Source of the DNA: Candidatus Benthicola marisminoris
GTDB taxonomy: Bacteria; Gemmatimonadota; Gemmatimonadetes; Palauibacterales; Palauibacteraceae
Direction: 5' to 3'
DNA length: 50,994 nucleotides
NCBI GenBank assembly: GCA_023554335.1
Contig: JAMJQR010000113.1
Coordinates: forward strand, 1-50,994
Shown piece by piece: positions 45,222 through 50,994 of the stretch; position 1 is the stretch's first letter; each line of letters opens with the position of its first letter. The notes beneath the pieces were generated by a model. It made no database searches. It saw only the letters and a list, made by a program, of their open reading frames with translations, and was not told the DNA's origin. Both the position numbers and the translations under genes were made by a program.

Positions 45222-45947
45222 CTAGCGCTCTCCCGCTGACATCCGCTGGAACACGAGACGCATTCCCTCGATGGCCGCTGCGGCCGTATGCGCCGCGTCG
45301 TCGAAGCGGCCGGACAGCTCCCGTTCGCCTACACCCGCGAGCGGTATGTCCAGCGTGAAGTGCACGGAGACGCCCGCAGGTCGTACCTCCGCCGTCCGGT
45401 CCGCCCAGCCGTCCTCGGAGGCATCCAGCGCCCCCTCGATGTGAACCTCCACCACGTCACAGGCGCCTCCAACCTCCTGCGCCATCATGGCCAGCCTACG
45501 GGCCAGGGCCTCGTTGGAATCCGGGTCTGACCGGCGTTCCTGCATCCACAGGTTGGGAGGGGCTACGTCGAGCGCCAGGTACCCCATGTGGACGTCCGGG
45601 TGAAAATCGAGCCTGGATTCCGGGCCCGCAGAGGATCCGGCTACGCCCCCGAACGGGGCGTCGTCCGTTTCCCACGCCAGGTAGGAGAGCAACCCCTCGG
45701 GGCCGATGGCGGCGGCCGCCAGCGCCACCTCGTCGAGGGAGAGCTCGACGAGAACCGAAGGAGCGTGCAGGGCGTCGATGGCTCCCGACTCCATGATGTC
45801 CAGCTCGGACTGGTCGTATGCGAGGCAGCGGAAGAACCAGGAGGTCGGCTCCTGCCTTCCCTCGAACTCGTCGCGGACCCCGAGGCCAGCCCCCCTGAGA
45901 GCGCTCAGGAGATTGTAGGCGATCTGGTGGCGAGTGAAGTTCGGCAC
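45222..45947 (-). CDS. Hypothetical protein (241 aa, acidic)
   Basis: Fills the gap between convergent neighbours, preceded by AGGAGA, protein-like composition; no motif recognised. Confidence 0.7.
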   Translation of the reverse strand: MPNFTRHQIAYNLLSALRGAGLGVRDEFEGRQEPTSWFFRCLAYDQSELDIMESGAIDALHAPSVLVELSLDEVALAAAAIGPEGLLSYLAWETDDAPFGGVAGSSAGPESRLDFHPDVHMGYLALDVAPPNLWMQERRSDPDSNEALARRLAMMAQEVGGACDVVEVHIEGALDASEDGWADRTAEVRPAGVSVHFTLDIPLAGVGERELSGRFDDAAHTAAAAIEGMRLVFQRMSAGER

Positions 45948-45957
45948 AACGAATCTC

Positions 45958-46536
45958 CTAGCGACCGATCATGATGTGCGCCCACGGAGTGCCGGGCAGC
46001 ATCAGCCACGGGGAGTCGCCCTCCGGCCGAGTCGGAAGCCCGAGCGTTTCCGCCGTGGCACCCGGAACGTACACCACCACCAGTCTGCGTGCCTCATCCA
46101 GGTCGCCCGGGCCCGCGTCCGAGCTGATCGAGTAGAGGGCGGCCTGCTTCGGCATCCTGAAGTCACCGGCCTCCAGCGCCTCGTACCGCGCGCTCATCAC
46201 TTCGTCGCTCCCCTCTCCTTCCGCCCTGAGGCGCCGGCCCAATGACATGAAGGGCTCGAGGCTCTCGTGATAGCAGGAGGTGTGAAAGCCCTCCGTAGCC
46301 GGATCGTCGGCGAGGCATACGAGTCCGTTGCTCCCCGCCCGAAGCAGCGTCAGCGGGTCTGTCTCGCGCGGCTCGCCTCCGTAGCCCAACACCGAGGCCG
46401 AGGCACGGAGCGATTCAGGTGCGGCCAGGACGGCCTGCTCAATCTGGTTCTGGCGGTCCGGTCCCGCATCCTGAGCGCTCGCCGTGCAGCCCGTGAGGCC
46501 CAGAAGCAGAAGCGTTGCAGCGGCTCGAACCCGCAT
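45958..46536 (-). CDS. Conserved hypothetical exported/lipoprotein
   Basis: MRVRAAATLLLLGLTG-C lipobox; AVLAAP, GSNGLVC, PWLMLPGTPWAHIM. Confidence 0.8.
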   Translation of the reverse strand: MRVRAAATLLLLGLTGCTASAQDAGPDRQNQIEQAVLAAPESLRASASVLGYGGEPRETDPLTLLRAGSNGLVCLADDPATEGFHTSCYHESLEPFMSLGRRLRAEGEGSDEVMSARYEALEAGDFRMPKQAALYSISSDAGPGDLDEARRLVVVYVPGATAETLGLPTRPEGDSPWLMLPGTPWAHIMIGR

Positions 46537-46868
46537 GTTTACCCCCCTCACTTGTCACTTTGTCCCGCCGTGAGATAGCTTGACCCGCTACGGTGTCGGG
46601 ATCGGGTAGCGTGGCCCCACACACGAGGTGCCGGACCCACAGAAATGTACGATAGTCATGGTGTTTACGGCAGATCTCGGGTCCCCGCATGTGGCGGGAC
46701 GGCTTGTCCCGGCCCGCACGCATCACGGCACGCTTCTCGCTACCCACGCGGGGAATTGTGCTCGCTGTAGCCAGCACCGGCGAAGGGAAACTCCCCCTCC
46801 TGGTCGAGGTCATCGAGGTAACGCACGGTGGCCAGCGCGGTTGAACCCTACATGAGAGCGAACAACCC

Positions 46869-47999
46869 ATGCGAATAGCTGTCCCGAAGGAGCATACGCC
46901 GCTCGATCAGCGCGTGGCCATGACCCCGCAGGCGATCAAGCGTCTTGCTTCGGACGAGATCCAGTTCGTCGTGGAAAGCGGGGCCGGGCTCGGAGCCTCT
47001 TTCACAGACGACGAGTACCGCGAAGCCGGCGCCGAGATCGTCCAGGACCTGAAGGCCCTGTTCGATGGCGCGGACGTGGTCACGAAGATCAATGGCCCGG
47101 TCAAGAGGGAGGACGGGACGGACGAAGTCGAGCTGATCCCGGCCGGAGCCCTGTTCCTGGCCCAAATGCGACCGCACGAGAACTCCGAGATTCTCAGCCG
47201 GCTCGCCGAGCGTGGCGTGACCTCGTTCTCGATGGAGCTGATGCCGCGCACGACGCTGGCCCAACGCATGGACTGCCTCTCGGCGTTCAGCACCGTCGCG
47301 GGCTACATGGCGGTCATCCGGGGCGCCGAGGCCGGAAGCAAGTTCTTCCCCATGCTCACCACGGCGGCGGGGACGATACCTCCGGCGCACGTGTTCATCA
47401 TCGGCGCTGGCGTGGCCGGCCTTCAGGCCATCGCCACCGCGCGCCGCCTTGGCGCTGTGGTCGAGGGTTTCGACATCCGGCCCGAGACCAAGGAACAGGT
47501 GGAGAGCCTCGGGGCGAAGTTCGTCGAGTGGGAGGACGCCACCGACGACATGCAGACCGAAGGCGGATACGCCAAGGAAGTGTCGGAGGAGGAAGAGGAG
47601 CGCGAGCGTCAGCTTCTCTCAGATCACATCGCGATGTCCGACGTAGTGGTCACGACGGCGCTCGTTCCGGGCCGTCCGGCACCGAAGCTCATCTCCGAGG
47701 ACATGGTCAAGGGGATGAAGCCCGGGTCGGTGATCGTCGACCTCGCGGCTGAGACCGGTGGCAACTGTGAGCTGACGGTGAAAGGCGAGGTCGTGGAGCG
47801 CCACGGAGTAGTGATCCTCGGCCAGACCGACCTCGCGGCCTCGCTTCCGGTGCACGGAAGCCTGATGTACGGCCGCATCGTATCCGTCCTCCTGCAGCAC
47901 ATCATGAACGACGAGGGCAAGATCGTCATCGACCTCGATGAAGAGATCACGTCCGGGATCACGGTTACGCACGACGGAAATGTGAGGTATCAGCAATGA
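46869..47999 (+). CDS. pntAA: NAD(P) transhydrogenase alpha subunit part 1 (domain I)
   Basis: VPKE, RVAMTP, FFPMLTTAAGT, GAGVAGLQAIATARRLGA, GGYAKE, DLAAETGGNC. Confidence 0.97.
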   Translation: MRIAVPKEHTPLDQRVAMTPQAIKRLASDEIQFVVESGAGLGASFTDDEYREAGAEIVQDLKALFDGADVVTKINGPVKREDGTDEVELIPAGALFLAQMRPHENSEILSRLAERGVTSFSMELMPRTTLAQRMDCLSAFSTVAGYMAVIRGAEAGSKFFPMLTTAAGTIPPAHVFIIGAGVAGLQAIATARRLGAVVEGFDIRPETKEQVESLGAKFVEWEDATDDMQTEGGYAKEVSEEEEERERQLLSDHIAMSDVVVTTALVPGRPAPKLISEDMVKGMKPGSVIVDLAAETGGNCELTVKGEVVERHGVVILGQTDLAASLPVHGSLMYGRIVSVLLQHIMNDEGKIVIDLDEEITSGITVTHDGNVRYQQ

Positions 48000-48289
48000 C
48001 CGGTACGATTCTCATCAGCGTGTATGTCTTCGTGCTGGCGATGTTCGTCGGCTTCGAGGTCATCACGAAGGTCCCTCCCACGCTGCACACGCCGCTGATG
48101 TCGGGCTCCAACGCCATATCCGGCATCTCGATCGTCGGCGCGCTGGTCATCGCGGGCATGGGACAGGGAACGATGTTCGACATCATCGGCATGGTCGCGG
48201 TTATCGCGGCGACCATCAACGTGGTGGGCGGATTCATGGTCACCGACCGGATGCTGCAGATGTTCCGGCGGGACACCGACACGAACTAG
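47996..48289 (+). CDS. pntAB: NAD(P) transhydrogenase alpha subunit part 2
   Basis: VPPTLHTPLMSGSNAISG, NVVGGFMVTDRML. Confidence 0.97.
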   Translation: MTGTILISVYVFVLAMFVGFEVITKVPPTLHTPLMSGSNAISGISIVGALVIAGMGQGTMFDIIGMVAVIAATINVVGGFMVTDRMLQMFRRDTDTN

Positions 48290-48308
48290 CGAACGCCGAG
48301 GCAGATAG

Positions 48309-49748
48309 ATGGAAACCAGAGTCCTCATCATGCAGCTCGCCTACCTCGTGTCGGCGGTGCTGTTCATACTCGGGCTGAAGCGCCTCAGCCACCCCGACAC
48401 CGCACGTGGCGGGAACAGGCTGGCGGCGATCGGCATGCTGCTCGCGGTCGTCGCGACGCTCGTAGGCGAGCAGATCATCACCTGGCAGTGGATCATCGCC
48501 GGTCTGATCATCGGGGCCCTGATCGGCGGCTTCATGGCGCGGTTCGTGAAGATGACGGCCATGCCACAGATGGTGGGCCTGTTCAACGGATTCGGGGGCC
48601 TGGCCTCCGGTCTCGTGGCGGCGGCCGAGTACCTGCGCTACTCGATGGGAGTGGCAGGGACGGCCGATGTACCCGTAGACGCCTCCATTTCGATCATGCT
48701 CGGCACGCTGATCGGTGCCGTCACCTTCTCGGGAAGCTTGATCGCATTCGGAAAGCTCCAGGGCGTCGTGACGGAGAAGGCCGTGAAATTCCCCGGCCAG
48801 CAGTTCTTCAATGCCGTGCTCTTCCTGGGCATTCTGGCGGTGATGGCGTACCTCGTGCTCATGACGCCGGAAGCGATTACGGGCGGGGAGACGGGCACCA
48901 TCAACATCGTCTACTACGCGCTCTGGGGCGCAGCGATGCTTCTCGGCATCCTGCTCGTGATTCCGATCGGCGGAGCCGACATGCCCGTAGTTGTATCGCT
49001 CCTGAACTCGTACTCGGGTCTGGCGGCGTCGGCGGCCGGATTCGTTCTCAACAACAACGTCCTGATCATTTCGGGCGCCCTGGTCGGGGCCTCAGGTTTG
49101 ATTCTCACCCGGATCATGTGCAAGGCCATGAACCGGTCCCTCGCCAACGTGATCTTCGGATCATTCGGCCAGGTGGCGGGCAAGGAGCTCGCCAAGGGTG
49201 AGAAGCGCACGATGGCTGATGTGAACGACGTGCAGGCCGACGACGTGGCCATGCTGCTCGCATACGCCAAGCAGGTCGTGATCGTGCCCGGGTACGGCCT
49301 CGCAGTAGCGCAGGCCCAGCACAAGCTCCGCGAGCTATGCGATAACCTGGAGAGTCGTGGCGTCACGGTGAAGTACGTGGTGCACCCGGTTGCCGGGCGC
49401 ATGCCCGGACACATGAACGTGCTGCTGGCCGAGGCCAACGTGCCGTACAACCAGCTGTACGAGCCGGAGGACGTGAACCCGGACATCGCCAACGTGGACG
49501 CCTGCCTGGTCGTGGGTGCGAACGACGTGGTGAACCCTGCAGCCCGGGACGAGCCGGCCAGCGACCTGTACGGAATGCCCATCATCGAGGTGGACCGCGC
49601 GAAGCACACCGTGGTCATGAAGCGGAGCCTGAACCCGGGCTTCGCGGGCCTCGACAACGAGCTCTTCTACCTTCGGAACACGATGATGCTGTTCGGCGAC
49701 GCGGCCGACTCCATCGGACGGATTCTGGAGGAAGTGAAGCAGCTGTAG
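48309..49748 (+). CDS. pntB: NAD(P) transhydrogenase beta subunit
   Basis: MTAMPQMV, IGGADMPVV, PGYGLAVAQAQ, HPVAGRMPGHMNVLLAEA, GANDVVNP. Confidence 0.98.
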   Translation: METRVLIMQLAYLVSAVLFILGLKRLSHPDTARGGNRLAAIGMLLAVVATLVGEQIITWQWIIAGLIIGALIGGFMARFVKMTAMPQMVGLFNGFGGLASGLVAAAEYLRYSMGVAGTADVPVDASISIMLGTLIGAVTFSGSLIAFGKLQGVVTEKAVKFPGQQFFNAVLFLGILAVMAYLVLMTPEAITGGETGTINIVYYALWGAAMLLGILLVIPIGGADMPVVVSLLNSYSGLAASAAGFVLNNNVLIISGALVGASGLILTRIMCKAMNRSLANVIFGSFGQVAGKELAKGEKRTMADVNDVQADDVAMLLAYAKQVVIVPGYGLAVAQAQHKLRELCDNLESRGVTVKYVVHPVAGRMPGHMNVLLAEANVPYNQLYEPEDVNPDIANVDACLVVGANDVVNPAARDEPASDLYGMPIIEVDRAKHTVVMKRSLNPGFAGLDNELFYLRNTMMLFGDAADSIGRILEEVKQL

Positions 49749-49759
49749 TAGCGCCCCCT

Positions 49760-49791
49760 GCGCTCCTCCCGGCTCCGGCCGGGAGGAGCGC
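49760..49791. terminator. 14-bp perfect hairpin between convergent pntB and egtD
   Basis: GCGCTCCTCCCGGC-TCCG-GCCGGGAGGAGCGC, 11 nt after the pntB stop; no U tract. Confidence 0.6.
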
Positions 49792-49822
49792 CCCGGTGCC
49801 GGAGCCCGTGCGTCCCTTCAGA

Positions 49823-50815
49823 TCAGCGAGGAGCGCGCGCCAGCGCCAGGGCGAAGCGCCTCGCCTCGTCCGTGCACCATGACTCTAAGGCGAGGCCGGA
49901 AGAACCGAGCAGCATCTCTGCGGATTCCCGGGTGTACTTGTGGCTCAACTCCGTCCGGATCGTCTCTCCCTCGCGGACAGTGACATCGAGTCCGATCGCT
50001 GGAATCAGGATCCGCTGCTCCCGGAGCGATTCGAGATGCATCTCGACCCGCGACCTCCCCGCATTCCACTCTGCGCGGTGTCGAAAGGCCTCGAGATCGA
50101 AGGACGCCCCGAGCTCCCGGTTGAGCACCCGGAGAACGTTCAGATTGAACCTGGCGGTGACTCCAGCCGCGTCGTTGTAGGCACGCTCGAGGACGGTCGC
50201 TTCCTTCACGAGATCAAAACCGATGAGGAAGGCGTCCGCACCCGTCATCTCAGCTCTCACTGCCTCCAGGAAGGCCTGCGCTTGCACCGTCTCGAGGTTG
50301 CCGATCGTGGAACCGAGAAAGGCGATCAGGCGCGGGCGGCCTGAGAAAGGCAGATTCCTGGGTCGCTCGAAGTCGCCGATCACACCCTCGACCACCATGT
50401 CCGGATAATCGCGTATCAAGGCCTGGGCAGCCCGACGCGATGCGTCCACGCTGACGTCAACCGGCCCGTAGCCTTCGAGCAGTCCCCTCTCGCGCATGGC
50501 GTCGAGCAGAATACGTGTCTTGCGTGCCGCGCCTGAACCGAATTCCACCAGCACCCGGGGACGAGAGGTCTCCACGAAGCGCCCCGATTCCCGCTGCAGG
50601 ATCTCGGTCTCGGCACGCGTCAGGTAATACTCGGGCAGGCGCGTGATCATCTCGAACAGGTGCGAGCCGCGGGCGTCGTAGAAGTACTTCGACGGCAACG
50701 TCCGGGGCACGGCCGTGAGGCCGTCCCTGGCGTCCTTCGCAAGATCGAACGGACTCTCGTGTTCGCGAAGGGTATTGCGGAGAACGATCCTGGAACCGGG
50801 GGGCATGTCCGTCAT
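49823..50815 (-). CDS. egtD: L-histidine N-alpha-methyltransferase
   Basis: [60 protein letters not shown]; ATG 50815 overlaps the upstream stop (ATGA). Confidence 0.95.
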   Translation of the reverse strand: MTDMPPGSRIVLRNTLREHESPFDLAKDARDGLTAVPRTLPSKYFYDARGSHLFEMITRLPEYYLTRAETEILQRESGRFVETSRPRVLVEFGSGAARKTRILLDAMRERGLLEGYGPVDVSVDASRRAAQALIRDYPDMVVEGVIGDFERPRNLPFSGRPRLIAFLGSTIGNLETVQAQAFLEAVRAEMTGADAFLIGFDLVKEATVLERAYNDAAGVTARFNLNVLRVLNRELGASFDLEAFRHRAEWNAGRSRVEMHLESLREQRILIPAIGLDVTVREGETIRTELSHKYTRESAEMLLGSSGLALESWCTDEARRFALALARAPR

Positions 50816-50994
50816 CGGGCCGAGTCCCGGGCCAGGCGGAAGCCAGCGAAGATCTGGCGGCGAATCGGGTGGTCCCAGTTGCGGAATGAGCTTCGCGCGA
50901 CTCCGGCGTCGGTTGCCCACGACGCGCCCCGCAGCACCATGTAGTCCTTTCCGAAGAACACCTTCGAGTAGTCGTCATAAGGATACGCCTCGAA
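50812..50994 (-). CDS. egtB: Ergothioneine sulfoxide synthase, C-terminal end (partial)
   Basis: Hand translation [28 protein letters not shown]...[28 protein letters not shown]-like C-terminus of EgtB, directly upstream of egtD. Confidence 0.9.
   Translation of the reverse strand, partial: FEAYPYDDYSKVFFGKDYMVLRGASWATDAGVARSSFRNWDHPIRRQIFAGFRLARDSAR

Noticed and set aside
46537-46868. Riboswitch or Rex operator upstream of pntA
   Set aside because: Only short GC-rich stems; no recognisable aptamer core or TTGTGAA-N4-TTCACAA site.
50812-50994. Selenoneine synthase SenA or a generic formylglycine-generating enzyme
   Set aside because: The NWDHPxRRQIF motif and adjacency to egtD fit EgtB; only 60 residues are visible, so this is not fully excluded.

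Overview
High-GC bacterial chromosome segment made up mostly of housekeeping genes. Gene content and order suggest Gemmatimonadota or a similar diderm lineage (inference only). From 1 to 39.9 kb almost everything is on the minus strand: dtd-maf-glpK-LOG-Zn-ribbon-ltaE; recA-recX-alaS-hyp-PHP phosphatase-gmhA-cca-rarA-hflX-pdxJ-membrane protein-ispE-tRNA-Gln; prs-rplY-pth-hppA-rpsF-rpsR-DUF2232-rplI-DAK2/DegV-rsfS-two SPOR proteins-smc (partial). A four-gene block (mscS, Ycf46-like AAA ATPase, nudC, membrane Ser/Thr kinase) interrupts the usual tRNA-Gln/prs linkage, and a HerA-like ATPase diverges from recA. The right part carries a Upf1-like helicase, an aromatic amino acid decarboxylase, bcp, a DsbA-like protein, three-gene pntAB and egtD/egtB. 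No integrase, transposase, rRNA or CRISPR array was seen. The most unusual region is the 744-bp intergenic stretch 39862-40605. It has a near-consensus sigma70 promoter, a ~300-nt self-complementary RNA with a UUCG tetraloop and competing folds, a 30-codon ORF with a strong SD, phased DnaA-box-like repeats with an IHF-like site, and a duplicated T7A4 tract. Second is a degenerate tyrosine-kinase-like domain/TM/tandem-SPOR protein translationally coupled to smc. All calls come from reading motifs by eye; no searches or folding programs were run.
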